64,000 nucleotides of DNA from a virus. Positions 1 through 10,028 of the stretch are shown here, in pieces. Below the pieces are notes generated by a model. That model ran no database searches. It was given only the letters and a program-made list of their open reading frames with translations, and was not told the origin of the DNA. Position numbers and translations under genes: made by a program. The DNA lies in the IMG/VR virus record IMGVR_UViG_3300021963_000030. The stretch is one strand, 5' to 3'. Position 1 is the first letter of the stretch, and the number at the start of each line of letters is the position of its first letter.

Positions 1-474
1 GGGTCTAGTAGTGGTAAAATGACCATTAAGCCAGATGATGACATCTACAAGGTGTGGCATAATTGGATCAAAGAGAACAAGGCTGATAAATATAAACAAG
101 CCATGACTCAACGTGAAGGTGTTAGTGGACCCGTGACTGGTGCCAAGAACAGAGTGTTGAGCATGATTTTCTCTCAATGTGAAATTAAAGCATCCGAATA
201 TGTTCATGGTTACGAACGTGGAACCTACTATGCTTGTCCCTATCGTAATAGTAGAGAATTCTTGAAAGGTGAAATTGAAGAATCAAAGTTGGACCCCAAC
301 CCAATTTACAACGAAAAGTTTATTATTGATTGGTGGAGACAAAAGGCAATTGCACGATATCAAACTCTCAAGAATGAGAAACGATTGAAGGGAGATATTC
401 TATATTACAACAAAATGATTGGAATGTCGTATGAAGACTCAAAAAAACTTTACTTTGGTGAGGTAGGAAGATGA
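1..474 (+). CDS. 5'-truncated protein, probable DUF4338 (DruA-like) family of T4-like phages
   Basis: Frame is open from base 1 (GSSSGK MTIKP...). The C-terminus HGYERGTY...WWRQKAIARY...YFGEVGR resembles phage DUF4338 proteins as I recall them. Confidence 0.5.
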   Translation, partial: GSSSGKMTIKPDDDIYKVWHNWIKENKADKYKQAMTQREGVSGPVTGAKNRVLSMIFSQCEIKASEYVHGYERGTYYACPYRNSREFLKGEIEESKLDPNPIYNEKFIIDWWRQKAIARYQTLKNEKRLKGDILYYNKMIGMSYEDSKKLYFGEVGR

Positions 475-483
475 GATTTTTAC

Positions 484-490
484 TATTTAT
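484..490 (+). promoter_or_regulatory. TATTTAT motif, candidate late promoter
   Basis: 12 nt upstream of the ATG at 503; the same motif recurs before several genes. Confidence 0.4.
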
Positions 491-502
491 TATGGTAAAG
501 AC

Positions 503-919
503 ATGGGAAAAAGTAAAAATCCGTCCGTCAATTATACATTTGCAGATAGATATCAAAAATTTATATCTAAGCTGACGCAATTTGCCAAGTCTGCTAGAAC
601 AACCACAGAAAAAGATACTTCTCCCGATGGCGTATTCACTGGTGAACCTGGTGATTTGTTGGTAAAAAATGATAACTTAATTTGGTATAGAGACAATTCA
701 GACGCCGATTTTAATTCATTATCAGATCAATTTCCCGATCTTACCAAAAAAACTCAATACGTTTTAACCCAAGGCATCAATAAAAAGGCGTCTTGGGTTA
801 AAACAGCTGCTGGCCCTACCACTTGGAAACTTCTTGGATACTTCTGTCCAATATTAGGTGTTGATTGTTGTGCTACTGGTTCGTTTAGTGGAAGTCAAAG
901 CGGTAGTGGTAGCTTCTAA
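503..919 (+). CDS. hypothetical protein, possibly structural
   Basis: 138-aa ORF with PDGVFTGEPGD and a Gly/Ser/Cys-rich tail. Confidence 0.6.
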   Translation: MGKSKNPSVNYTFADRYQKFISKLTQFAKSARTTTEKDTSPDGVFTGEPGDLLVKNDNLIWYRDNSDADFNSLSDQFPDLTKKTQYVLTQGINKKASWVKTAAGPTTWKLLGYFCPILGVDCCATGSFSGSQSGSGSF

Positions 920-947
920 TTGACTTTGATCACGCTCATGGTATACT
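920..947 (+). promoter_or_regulatory. sigma70-type promoter with extended -10, likely leaderless
   Basis: TTGACT-16nt-TATACT preceded by TGn; ATG at 955 is 7 nt after the -10. Confidence 0.7.
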
Positions 948-954
948 AATTATC

Positions 955-1866
955 ATGAGAAAAAGTCTGTGTTGTATATCCCTAAAACTGCAAGAACGTG
1001 GTATCAAAGCAAATACCATGACAAAATCTAGGTTTCTTGCACTAGAACGTGTCGATTCACTGGAAATTCTTAGTAAACGTGTATTGAACAACGTTATTGT
1101 TACAAAAGAAACTATCAAGTATTGTATCAATAAAGGTTGGAACTACCGTGTAAGCAGTGATTTATTTCCTCTAAAAACTCTTCCAGAGGCTAATCTTGAC
1201 TTTGATTGTCTTCCAGATAAAGATAAAATTGATCAAGCATTTGATGAATGTGTTGTTCTTATCAAAAATAGTAAGATTCGTTGTAGCACACATCCTGACC
1301 AGTTTGTGGTTCCAGCTAGTGCAAATTCGACTGTAGCACAAAAGTCTATTGTGGAATTGACCTATCATGCGGATGTAATGGACCGTTTGGGTCTTCCTCG
1401 TTCGTATAATGCGCCTATAAACATCCATATGAACTGTTATAAAGGAGACCTCAAAGCTACGGCAAAACGGTTTATAGAGGTGTTTAGACAGCTTCCTGAT
1501 GGTGTTAAGAGCCGTTTGGTCTTAGAGAACGAAGACAAGCCCAACAGTTGGAATGTCAAACAACTGTATGATTATATTTATCAAGAAACCGGAATCCCAA
1601 TTACGTATGATAATCTGCATTTCAGATGCAATACTGGTGGATTGACTGCCAAGGATGCGGTGACACTGTGTAAGTCTACATGGGGTAGTTACGTTCCTCT
1701 ATTTCATTTCAGCGACAACGATGTCAAGAATCGTAATCCTCGTGCGCATGCGGACTATCCTACTGTGTTTCCCGATGAATATATTGGTGAAAATATCGAT
1801 TTGGACTTTGAGTTCAAGGCAAAGGACTATGCGATTGAATTTTTTGAACATAAACTCCAAAAATAA
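955..1866 (+). CDS. uvsE: UV-damage endonuclease (UvsE/UVDE, TIM barrel)
   Basis: Motifs YRVSSDLFP, STHPDQF, INIHM, LVLENEDK, ITYDNLH, PLFHFS, AHADY. Confidence 0.92.
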   Translation: MRKSLCCISLKLQERGIKANTMTKSRFLALERVDSLEILSKRVLNNVIVTKETIKYCINKGWNYRVSSDLFPLKTLPEANLDFDCLPDKDKIDQAFDECVVLIKNSKIRCSTHPDQFVVPASANSTVAQKSIVELTYHADVMDRLGLPRSYNAPINIHMNCYKGDLKATAKRFIEVFRQLPDGVKSRLVLENEDKPNSWNVKQLYDYIYQETGIPITYDNLHFRCNTGGLTAKDAVTLCKSTWGSYVPLFHFSDNDVKNRNPRAHADYPTVFPDEYIGENIDLDFEFKAKDYAIEFFEHKLQK

Positions 1867-1881
1867 AAAAAGTAGAAGTTG

Positions 1882-1909
1882 TTGACTTCTTCAAACTGTG
1901 TGTTAAGAT
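1882..1909 (+). promoter_or_regulatory. sigma70-type promoter with extended -10
   Basis: TTGACT-16nt-TAAGAT with TGn, in the intergenic gap before 1973. Confidence 0.6.
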
Positions 1910-1935
1910 TATTTCAAGTTGGTGATGAACTAACG

Positions 1936-1971
1936 AAACAAAAACAAAAAAACAAAAGAAAGAAAAATAAA
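1936..1971 (+). other. A-rich unstructured 5' leader
   Basis: aaacaaaaacaaaaaaacaaaagaaagaaaaataaa directly before the ATG at 1973; no Shine-Dalgarno. Confidence 0.6.
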
Positions 1972-1972
1972 T

Positions 1973-2176
1973 ATGTATACTCGTAAGAATGCTCGTAACA
2001 AGACTAACTTCGTCGGCCACAATACCACTGGTGTTGAGCTTTATCTCTCCACCCCCGTCGCCGGTGCTAAGAAGGCTTCCCGCCTCACCCTCCGTGCTGG
2101 TGATACCCGTCTTGACTTGAACGGTCGCCAGATCAAGGCTCTCCGTGAGGTTCTCGCTGCTGGTTACAATGCCTAA
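1973..2176 (+). CDS. small basic hypothetical protein with high-expression-type codon usage
   Basis: 67 aa; C-ending codons (ctc, acc, gtc, gcc, cgc, aag) unlike the AT-rich neighbours. Confidence 0.8.
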   Translation: MYTRKNARNKTNFVGHNTTGVELYLSTPVAGAKKASRLTLRAGDTRLDLNGRQIKALREVLAAGYNA

Positions 2177-2179
2177 TCA

Positions 2180-2473
2180 ATGACATTAGGAACAACAACG
2201 TTGATTGTTGGAATGTGGCTGCTGTCGATGGCAGCCACATTTTTTCTTTATATTAGTCTTCGTAAGCAAATCAACAATCTTAAACAAAATCTAGAAAATA
2301 CGAAGAACGAATCAAACAAGTTATTTACTACAATAACTGAAGCATTTGAATTGTTGTCTGGTGAACGCAGTAGGATGATAAAAGATGTTGAAGAACTGAA
2401 ACGACGTATTAGAATGTATGGCAATGAAACGAAAAGGCAAGGCTTCCAAAGAAGAAACCGTGGTCAAGAATAG
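2180..2473 (+). CDS. membrane-anchored coiled-coil hypothetical protein
   Basis: N-terminal hydrophobic helix (LIVGMWLLSMAATFFLYISL) followed by a heptad-like segment. Confidence 0.7.
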   Translation: MTLGTTTLIVGMWLLSMAATFFLYISLRKQINNLKQNLENTKNESNKLFTTITEAFELLSGERSRMIKDVEELKRRIRMYGNETKRQGFQRRNRGQE

Positions 2474-2912
2474 AGGATTGTTTGATCATGTTAAACACAT
2501 TCGACAAGTCCAAAAACCAGATTATTATGATTCATTGAATGAGACTGAACGTAAGTCATTCAGTAAGTATATGATTCTGCGGGTCTTGAGTATGGACCCA
2601 AATGTTATTGAAGAAATATCTTTGATATCAAAATACATGGAGGTCTTGCCTGAGAAGCAATTGTATACGCTGTTGATTCAATGTCTTCCCAAGGACTTTA
2701 AGTTTTATCCATATATCAAGAAGTCTACAAAAGATCCCAATCAGACTATTATTGATTGTATTTCGAAAAAATTTAAAGTGGGTAGCCGTGATTCCACAGA
2801 TTATTACAACCTACTTATTTCGACCGAGGGTGGTATCAAAGAACTACATTCATTGGTAACATCATTCGGCTATTCAGAAACAGAAGCAGAGGAACTATTT
2901 ACGAAAGAATAA
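2418..2912 (+). CDS. 62: clamp loader small subunit (T4 gp62-like)
   Basis: LFDH...YYDSLNETERKSFSKYMILRVLSMD...YIKK pattern typical of gp62-like proteins; start may be 2424. Confidence 0.65.
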   Translation: MAMKRKGKASKEETVVKNRGLFDHVKHIRQVQKPDYYDSLNETERKSFSKYMILRVLSMDPNVIEEISLISKYMEVLPEKQLYTLLIQCLPKDFKFYPYIKKSTKDPNQTIIDCISKKFKVGSRDSTDYYNLLISTEGGIKELHSLVTSFGYSETEAEELFTKE

Positions 2913-2916
2913 AAAT

Positions 2917-3579
2917 ATGAAAGTTATAGGTGTATCAGGTATTGCCAGAAGCGGAAAAGACTTATTTACCACAGTCGCACAAGATATTCTTGAAAAGGAA
3001 TATAAACTCAAAACAGAACGTCGTGCTCTCGCATACGAATTAAAGAGTGACCTTAAGGATCTTATTCGTGACAAAACGGGTATTGATGTATTTACAGAAG
3101 ATACCGCACAGAAAAACATTATTCGTCCACTGTTGGTTGCTTATGGCGACGTAATGAGAAAGACTAGTGAAGGCAAATATTGGACAACCAAGGTAGAAAA
3201 ACACATCGCAAAGTCTAAGGCGGATGTATTATTCGTCACAGATATTCGATACGATCATTATCCAGAGGATGAATGCACTTGGCTTCAACGTAAGATGGCC
3301 GGCAAGTTGGTTCATGTAACTCGTTATCAGTTAACTCAAGCACCATCTAAACGTAGAATTACTACAGCTAAACCAGTTAAGGTTTATGAAGCAGCTCCAA
3401 ACGAACATGAATTGTTTAATGACCCCAAAGTGAAGAAGCGTGCTGATTATGCTTTTGAATGGGAAGATATGTCTCAACAGTGCAAAACCAAAGAAGAACT
3501 GTTGGCAAACACTTACATTAGACAACAAGTTATGGATGCTTTGGTTGCAATAAAGATTATAATCAACCCAGCAAGTTAA
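2917..3579 (+). CDS. deoxynucleoside monophosphate kinase-like P-loop protein
   Basis: N-terminal P-loop GIARSGKD, RPLLVAYG, VTDIRY. Confidence 0.8.
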   Translation: MKVIGVSGIARSGKDLFTTVAQDILEKEYKLKTERRALAYELKSDLKDLIRDKTGIDVFTEDTAQKNIIRPLLVAYGDVMRKTSEGKYWTTKVEKHIAKSKADVLFVTDIRYDHYPEDECTWLQRKMAGKLVHVTRYQLTQAPSKRRITTAKPVKVYEAAPNEHELFNDPKVKKRADYAFEWEDMSQQCKTKEELLANTYIRQQVMDALVAIKIIINPAS

Positions 3580-3857
3580 CGTAATTTTAGTTTCAAAATA
3601 GTATGATGCGAGTTGTGGTTAAACACAATTTCCGCATCATTTGTTTTTGTGCGCATATATTCTGCAAGAGTATTTTGGTTATTCTTGATAAACTGAACGT
3701 ATATTGTGTTACACTCTTGAGATTTTTCTACTTTTCTAGTTTTGTTACATGAACATATTCTACCAAGACTAGATATACACTCACCCAGATTTATTGCAAT
3801 TGGGTTGTTGTCGTTCTTGATTAAGTTATAGAATGATTGATAGTCACCGATAATCAT
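3576..3857 (-). CDS. hypothetical protein (Cys-containing)
   Basis: 93-aa ORF with 4-nt overlaps to both neighbours. Confidence 0.65.
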   Translation of the reverse strand: MIIGDYQSFYNLIKNDNNPIAINLGECISSLGRICSCNKTRKVEKSQECNTIYVQFIKNNQNTLAEYMRTKTNDAEIVFNHNSHHTILKLKLR

Positions 3858-4231
3858 AGTAGTTTACGTATAATCAAATAGATAAACAAACTGCAAATAT
3901 AGTTAATTGGAAACAATAACAATGTATAGATCTGATGATAACCAGATCCAAATACTAATAAACCAACTGTCACTAGTGTTGACCAAAAACATAGACAAAT
4001 TGGACACGATATTAACTTGGTAAAGTAACTTGGATAATTACTATACAAAAAGTTAGGATAGTTTGACATTACGTCAACTTCTGCTTTGTATTTAGTAAAT
4101 TCATCTATTCTGAATAACCATTTTGTGTTGGTTAATGTAGCTATGGTTGTAACGATATCACTTTCAAACCAAACTACCAACATAAATGATATCCAACAAA
4201 TTAGAGGAATGTCAAGATCAGCGAGGTTCAT
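3854..4231 (-). CDS. membrane protein, DUF1360-like
   Basis: Hydrophobic helices and LISCPICLCFW, a DUF1360-like CxxC motif. Confidence 0.6.
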   Translation of the reverse strand: MNLADLDIPLICWISFMLVVWFESDIVTTIATLTNTKWLFRIDEFTKYKAEVDVMSNYPNFLYSNYPSYFTKLISCPICLCFWSTLVTVGLLVFGSGYHQIYTLLLFPINYICSLFIYLIIRKLL

Positions 4232-5025
4232 ACGTTTTTATTTAGTTGTTTTTCATTACTATCCAACACACTTTTTAGTATTTCTAGATTAACACCAACC
4301 TTGTCACCCAACTTAACAAGCGCTTTGGTATCTTTTGGAAAACACTTACCACCAAAACCACGTTCACCAGTAAATACAGCCGTATGTGATTTGGTTGTTC
4401 TTGGGTCCAATAACCATAGATCACGGACTTCATAGTAGTTTGTGCCTAACTTCTCACATAGGTCATAAATCTCATTACAATATGCAACCTTCATGGCCAA
4501 TTGTGTATTGGTCACATACTTCGCTAGTTCAGCATTGAGTGGTTCTGTAACCCTATAAGTTTTGCTTGGACCAGTAATTGGTGTATAAATTTCGATCATT
4601 TTATAACACAAATCTTTTTTACCACCAAAGATAAAGAACGGTGTTTGTTTGACATCGGTCGTGAATCCGTCTGGAGTCCAATACTTGGATTCACCAGCAA
4701 ATTCTGGACTAAACACAATTTCTTTATTATAGGTCTTGATCAATCTATCAGTTGTTCCAATTTCAACCGTAGATTTTAATAGTATCAATGGTGTATTTAA
4801 CCATGTGATTGTTTCTTCAACAATGCTTGTGTTACAACTACCATCTTTGTTTTCTGGTGTTGGCACACATATTACTCCTAGATCACACTTGTTGATTTCA
4901 TCTTTTGTGACTGAGTTTTCGAGTGCTGGGTCATAAATTTTTACGTTATAGTGACCCTTAAAAAAGTTATGAAACGCTTTACCAACGTAACCATAACCAA
5001 TTATTCCTATTGTAAACTTGTTCAT
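4228..5025 (-). CDS. ugd: UDP-glucose/GDP-mannose dehydrogenase family, short form lacking the C-terminal domain
   Basis: GIIGYGYVG Rossmann motif, ICVPTP, KSTV, FSPEF, catalytic GFGGKCFPKD; start placed at the ATG overlapping the upstream stop. Confidence 0.85.
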   Translation of the reverse strand: MNKFTIGIIGYGYVGKAFHNFFKGHYNVKIYDPALENSVTKDEINKCDLGVICVPTPENKDGSCNTSIVEETITWLNTPLILLKSTVEIGTTDRLIKTYNKEIVFSPEFAGESKYWTPDGFTTDVKQTPFFIFGGKKDLCYKMIEIYTPITGPSKTYRVTEPLNAELAKYVTNTQLAMKVAYCNEIYDLCEKLGTNYYEVRDLWLLDPRTTKSHTAVFTGERGFGGKCFPKDTKALVKLGDKVGVNLEILKSVLDSNEKQLNKNV

Positions 5026-6224
5026 ACTAATTTTTCTAGATACCACTTATCATTGATATCTATAAGTCCTTTGCTATAATCTTTCAAATTTTTTACTTTT
5101 AACTTGAATATATCAAATTCCACATTACCTATTTGACCGCTATCTTCAAGCATCAATTGAAGCATATTGAAGAATTCAAAGTTTTGAGTAGTCAACTTGT
5201 TTCCATCAAATTCAACGATGATGTCATTAACTTTTTGATCATCGTATCCCTTTAACTTTTTCTTCAGATTAAACTTGGTATTCTTTTGTTCTACGTTAAT
5301 ATAACGTTCATAAGGAACGTCTGTATAAATTGTGTCACACCATGGCTCCAAAAGCATTAACTTATATTCATCACAGTTGACTACTACAAATCCAACATCA
5401 TAACGTTTAGGCACAATTGGTTTCATAGTGTCATTATGTTTTACAAAATGACCCCACTTACGAATAAAGTTTCTGGCACTGCGATTGTTTTGTGCCAACC
5501 ACTCATCACTTTCTTTACCAACTGTAGTCAATGTAGGATTGTATCTGCTACCTCTGCATGTCATGTGATATACACAACCCTCCCACGTTTGAACAAATTT
5601 GTAACCGTTCAACAAGAATCGATTGAATATGTCACTGTCCTCTTTGCTTTGAGGAGCATACAAATCGTCATGACCACCAATTGATTGAAAGTCTTTCTTG
5701 TAAATTGCCCACGGAGCAAAGATACCTTCAGTAGTCTTATCACGCCTGCTGATTTTGCTTTCATTGAACCACTTCAAAAAGTTTTCTTCAGCAAACAATT
5801 CTGGTTCAGTTGCAAAATCCATCACAATCTTTTCTGGTCCAGGTGGATGTAACGGAGGTTCGATTCGGGTCAAACTCACAACTGTGCCTGGTTGTATGTG
5901 CTTTTCAACATATTTATCAAAATTAGGACAAGCATACATGTCTGCATGATAAATCATGACCACATCGTTAGTAGCAACAGTGTTAATTAAACGATCATAT
6001 AAAATGGTGTGTCCGAGTCTTGTAGGACCGTCATTACGAATGAATTTGAAGTATGGGTCTGTCTTACTAATTTCAGCACACCACTCACTTGTTCCATCGT
6101 TGCTAAAGTCATCTGCCACACATACTTCGTGTTGTTTATGACTTAGATTTTTTCTCAAAGCAGCATATGCCCACTTGAGATATTTTAGGTTGTTTCGGGA
6201 CGGAATGATAAAACTAATATTCAT
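5022..6224 (-). CDS. glycosyltransferase family 2
   Basis: ISFIIPSRNN, VADDFSNDGT, HADM (DxD-like), IGGHD...EDSD. Confidence 0.9.
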   Translation of the reverse strand: MNISFIIPSRNNLKYLKWAYAALRKNLSHKQHEVCVADDFSNDGTSEWCAEISKTDPYFKFIRNDGPTRLGHTILYDRLINTVATNDVVMIYHADMYACPNFDKYVEKHIQPGTVVSLTRIEPPLHPPGPEKIVMDFATEPELFAEENFLKWFNESKISRRDKTTEGIFAPWAIYKKDFQSIGGHDDLYAPQSKEDSDIFNRFLLNGYKFVQTWEGCVYHMTCRGSRYNPTLTTVGKESDEWLAQNNRSARNFIRKWGHFVKHNDTMKPIVPKRYDVGFVVVNCDEYKLMLLEPWCDTIYTDVPYERYINVEQKNTKFNLKKKLKGYDDQKVNDIIVEFDGNKLTTQNFEFFNMLQLMLEDSGQIGNVEFDIFKLKVKNLKDYSKGLIDINDKWYLEKLV

Positions 6225-6248
6225 ATGGTATACATAGATTTTTATATT

Positions 6249-7115
6249 TTAGATGTATTGCGTAGTTTCAACAAAATTACCTCCAAGTGGGAATTGTCGT
6301 TGTAATGTAATATTCTTGGTATATTTTGAAATAGTGTCGTTCATACCACTTTGATTTCCTATATTAACTAATGCTCTGGTCTTTATGTAGAGTTGAATTC
6401 TTAGAGGTAACATACTCATATCTAACACTTTGTTTATATTCGCAAAGTTTGTGTTCTCTATAGGTTTTGAAGTCCAATAATAATAAGGCAGATCATACAG
6501 TTTGAGATATTTCAATAACTTGTCATCGGACTGATAGTCGTATCTATTTGATAACAATAATGTCCCAAATGGGTTATCGCCTGTAAATCCACTGATGATT
6601 TTGTCTCCCAAACCTATTTCAGATTTGCTAAAATATAACTCTGGCAGAACATCGTCTAGGTCGTGATCTTTAAACTGCCAGAATTTCAATATTTGTTTTG
6701 CTAGAGGTTCATCGGGCAAATCAGTATTGTAGATTCTGTAATGATCATGAAATATATCCCCATCACAACTATCAACATAACCATCTACATATGGGTTATT
6801 AGCAAATATATCTTTGACCACGCTAAATGGCTTGTTGGTCAATGCAGATGGATTTAAAATGTCTGCAAATAACTTAAACATTAGTGCTTCTGATGGTAAA
6901 TACACTTTACAGTTTGGATATTTCTTTTTGAGCTTACGTGGTAGTGCTGATATGATTCCCCAATCACCAATACCAAAACAAGTTCGTAATATGACGAATT
7001 CTTGTTTTGATAGATAATCATCGGGAATGTATCTAGCATCGTTTTGAGGAAATCCCAAAGCGTCACATTCATGAACATTTATTCTTCGATTATTAAGTAT
7101 TCTCCAAAATATCAT
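6249..7115 (-). CDS. GT9 (heptosyltransferase)-like glycosyltransferase
   Basis: FGIGDWGII...LKKKYPNCKV, FANNPYVD, NIGNQSG. Confidence 0.7.
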   Translation of the reverse strand: MIFWRILNNRRINVHECDALGFPQNDARYIPDDYLSKQEFVILRTCFGIGDWGIISALPRKLKKKYPNCKVYLPSEALMFKLFADILNPSALTNKPFSVVKDIFANNPYVDGYVDSCDGDIFHDHYRIYNTDLPDEPLAKQILKFWQFKDHDLDDVLPELYFSKSEIGLGDKIISGFTGDNPFGTLLLSNRYDYQSDDKLLKYLKLYDLPYYYWTSKPIENTNFANINKVLDMSMLPLRIQLYIKTRALVNIGNQSGMNDTISKYTKNITLQRQFPLGGNFVETTQYI

Positions 7116-8064
7116 TGCACATGTCTCTCCATTGTTTTAACCAAACTTGTTCGGTGTAATATTTTTGATAATTTGATTTGGTAGTTTCTATACATTGATT
7201 GTAAAACTCTTTATCATCTCTCAAACGAATTGCTAACTTATTAGCACTTTCAATATCACCAACATCCACACTCAAGTCTGGATGTAAAATTTGTTGGGTA
7301 TCTAATCCTTTATATCCAATACATGGTATACCCCAATATGAACAATTCAATGCGAACGTTCCCGCAACTCTGGGTCTCATCAAATGAACACCATAACTAA
7401 ACTTAGACAATGCGATCATCCAATCAGTCCACTCTAAGAATGGTAAATGGTTTAGGTTAGGAGTGTGTTCTTCATTTTCAATTCTACGTCCCATGCTTGG
7501 AACCCAGATTGGTTTATTAAAGTTTCTAGCCACAAAGTAACTATCTATGCCGCTATACCAACTACAGAAGTTGCCGCCTATAATAACCTCACCATTGCGT
7601 GCCGGTGTTATATTCTTGGCTTTTAATCCATCATCTACAATCAACGTTTGAATGGTATACGTCTTCTTTTTGTATATACCACTGTAGTATGGAACGTCGG
7701 TCTTACTATGCGCAAACAATACGTCCATAGACCCAACAAAGTTTAGATATCGAATTTGGTCAATATATTTGTAGTCTTGATAATACCAATGACTACCTTC
7801 TTGCATGTGTCCAATCTTCTTACACAACTTTCTAGCATTTGTCAATAACAACTCTAAATTGAGGTTGGTAATATCTTTTGGTAAAATTATTACACCCAAA
7901 TCATATTGTTGTGATATCTGATTTCTATCTGCCATTGCAAGACCATACACGTTGATAATGTCGGAGTCAGATGCTGCTGGCCACGCTGATACCACACTTA
8001 AATTGTTGACGGTTCTTGAAACTTTACCGTTAATATTGATTGGACTTATAAAGCAAGTGTTCAT
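7093..8064 (-). CDS. GT-B fold (GT4-like) glycosyltransferase
   Basis: C-terminal HLMRPRVAGTFALNCSYWGIPCIG donor-binding-like motif. Confidence 0.7.
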   Translation of the reverse strand: MNTCFISPININGKVSRTVNNLSVVSAWPAASDSDIINVYGLAMADRNQISQQYDLGVIILPKDITNLNLELLLTNARKLCKKIGHMQEGSHWYYQDYKYIDQIRYLNFVGSMDVLFAHSKTDVPYYSGIYKKKTYTIQTLIVDDGLKAKNITPARNGEVIIGGNFCSWYSGIDSYFVARNFNKPIWVPSMGRRIENEEHTPNLNHLPFLEWTDWMIALSKFSYGVHLMRPRVAGTFALNCSYWGIPCIGYKGLDTQQILHPDLSVDVGDIESANKLAIRLRDDKEFYNQCIETTKSNYQKYYTEQVWLKQWRDMCNDILENT

Positions 8065-8065
8065 T

Positions 8066-8707
8066 TTACGGAGTTCCCATATTTTCTTCAGCAGTAAAGT
8101 TCTTCATGTATCGTTCATTACTCTCACGTTGTTTCTCAATCGTTTTTTCATGAACAATAGCATAATCTTTTTGAGGAGGAATAATTGTATAACTGTCATG
8201 ACCCTCAACACGTTCATGCAATCGCTTTTTGTAACGAATATTTGGCTTCCTCTTATACAATCGTGACTGATAGTCTGGAAAATTTACCATACCTTCGACC
8301 ATTTTCCAACCCCATTTATCTATATCCGATTGTTCTACACCCGTGAAATAATTGCATCTTGGCAACCAAATGACATCATTAACATCATTTTGTTTGATAA
8401 GCAATTCTATATGTTCTAACAATAGATCTGTTGGATATTCGTCTCCGTCTAATTGAAATATCCACTCACCACTACACGAATCAATACCAAAGTTCTTTTG
8501 TGCTCCATAATTGTTGTTAAGTCTATGAAGTCGCAGTTGTATGTGATTACTGTATTTCTCAAATATCTCCAGTGTTTTTGGATTGGTAGAATGATCATCA
8601 ATCACGACAATTTCTTGATTTGATTTGAGTGAAGAAACTAGCTTGGACAATAACTTATCCAAGCTGTCAGTTTCGTTGTGGGTAGTAATTAGATATGATA
8701 AGAACAT
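8066..8707 (-). CDS. glycosyltransferase family 2
   Basis: LSYLITTHNE, VIDDHST, WIFQLDGDE, FPDYQSRLY, LHE. Confidence 0.9.
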   Translation of the reverse strand: MFLSYLITTHNETDSLDKLLSKLVSSLKSNQEIVVIDDHSTNPKTLEIFEKYSNHIQLRLHRLNNNYGAQKNFGIDSCSGEWIFQLDGDEYPTDLLLEHIELLIKQNDVNDVIWLPRCNYFTGVEQSDIDKWGWKMVEGMVNFPDYQSRLYKRKPNIRYKKRLHERVEGHDSYTIIPPQKDYAIVHEKTIEKQRESNERYMKNFTAEENMGTP

Positions 8708-8708
8708 A

Positions 8709-10028
8709 TTAGATCTTTAATGTAGGCAATCCGCCGGATGCATCTGGAGAAATTGCGTTGAACTTTGGAAGAACAAACTTATTTTCAACTGCGAATTTGG
8801 GAACATATTGATCCAAGATAGCCCACAGTTTCTTGTCCATTGCATCCATACTAAACTTCTCGGCATTTTCTTGACGAAGTAGTTCTGCATTTTCAAATAT
8901 CTTCTTTGGCTTATTGTGGAACATTTCCTTGATTTTGTTCTCAGCCAATCCATAAGACACCTTGAACCACTTACTTTCTTTGATAATCCATTGATTGACT
9001 GACTTTTTATCAACGTCAACCAACTGACCTTGAAGAAGAGTAGCATACTTTGGATTCATAAAGTCGAGATGGCCACTCCAGTCTGGTGCGAGAACTGGTT
9101 TACCACTCAATGTTTGTAACAATAGTGGGTGACCATAACCTTCACCGTGAGTAAATGAAATGTGAACCTTTACCTTTGGATGGTTGAACAAAGCATTCAT
9201 TTCAACGTCGGTCAATTCACCGTGTAACAAATAGATGTTTGGAATTTGTCCCTTGAATGTCGAGGTAATTTTATTGATATTGTTTATAATCTCAAACCTA
9301 TCCATGGTCGAGAAACCAACACCCGAAGTCTTAAGAATGAGACATGGCTTGTTTGGAGTATTGTTATTGAAAGCTTCACAAAAGGTTTTTACAAGGTTTG
9401 CAATGTCCTTTCGATCTGCAAACAATCCACTGTGGGTCCACTGACCAACAAACAAATAGGCAAACTCTTCTGGAATAACAGATAATGCTTCATCAACTGA
9501 TGCAACACGTTCGTCTGTCTTTTTGTAGATTCTTGTATCAGCACCCCAGAAACATACTTCGATTGGTTTCTTTACTGCAATATCTTCACGTTTGCCATCA
9601 GGCGTTTGTTTCAACATCTTGGTATTTACCAACACATCCTTAGAATGTTTGGACAACGCAATCGTCAAATCGGTTCGGTTTACACCCTCAATAAATTCAC
9701 CAGACGCAACCGTAGTTTCGATACCAGCCGTCATACCAATATTATACTTACCAACACGTTGAAACTCGTTGGGAATACTCAATTGGATAAACAAATCTGG
9801 TTGCTTTTGAAGAGGTTGCAACAGAAACCTGGTTGTAAGGTTTTGATCTTCTGGATCGGTCAATTCTTCAATATATCGTTTTGGTTGACAATTACCCCAT
9901 CTAGTAGGTGCAATCTTTACATCGTATTTGTCATAACGAACAATACTCTTAGCAACAGCTGTTGCCCAGTCACCATACCCGCTTCGATTAAAGACGGGTC
10001 CAGAAATTAAACATAGTGGTTTACTCAT
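8709..10028 (-). CDS. glycosyltransferase family 4-like (GT-B)
   Basis: SGYG, AGIETT, FVGQW, HGEGYGHPLL; start placed at MSKP (10028). Confidence 0.85.
   Translation of the reverse strand: MSKPLCLISGPVFNRSGYGDWATAVAKSIVRYDKYDVKIAPTRWGNCQPKRYIEELTDPEDQNLTTRFLLQPLQKQPDLFIQLSIPNEFQRVGKYNIGMTAGIETTVASGEFIEGVNRTDLTIALSKHSKDVLVNTKMLKQTPDGKREDIAVKKPIEVCFWGADTRIYKKTDERVASVDEALSVIPEEFAYLFVGQWTHSGLFADRKDIANLVKTFCEAFNNNTPNKPCLILKTSGVGFSTMDRFEIINNINKITSTFKGQIPNIYLLHGELTDVEMNALFNHPKVKVHISFTHGEGYGHPLLLQTLSGKPVLAPDWSGHLDFMNPKYATLLQGQLVDVDKKSVNQWIIKESKWFKVSYGLAENKIKEMFHNKPKKIFENAELLRQENAEKFSMDAMDKKLWAILDQYVPKFAVENKFVLPKFNAISPDASGGLPTLKI

Noticed and set aside
1936-1971. A-rich tract as a microsatellite or assembly artefact
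   Set aside because: It is an irregular A/C/G tract positioned exactly between a promoter and a start codon; better explained as a translational enhancer.
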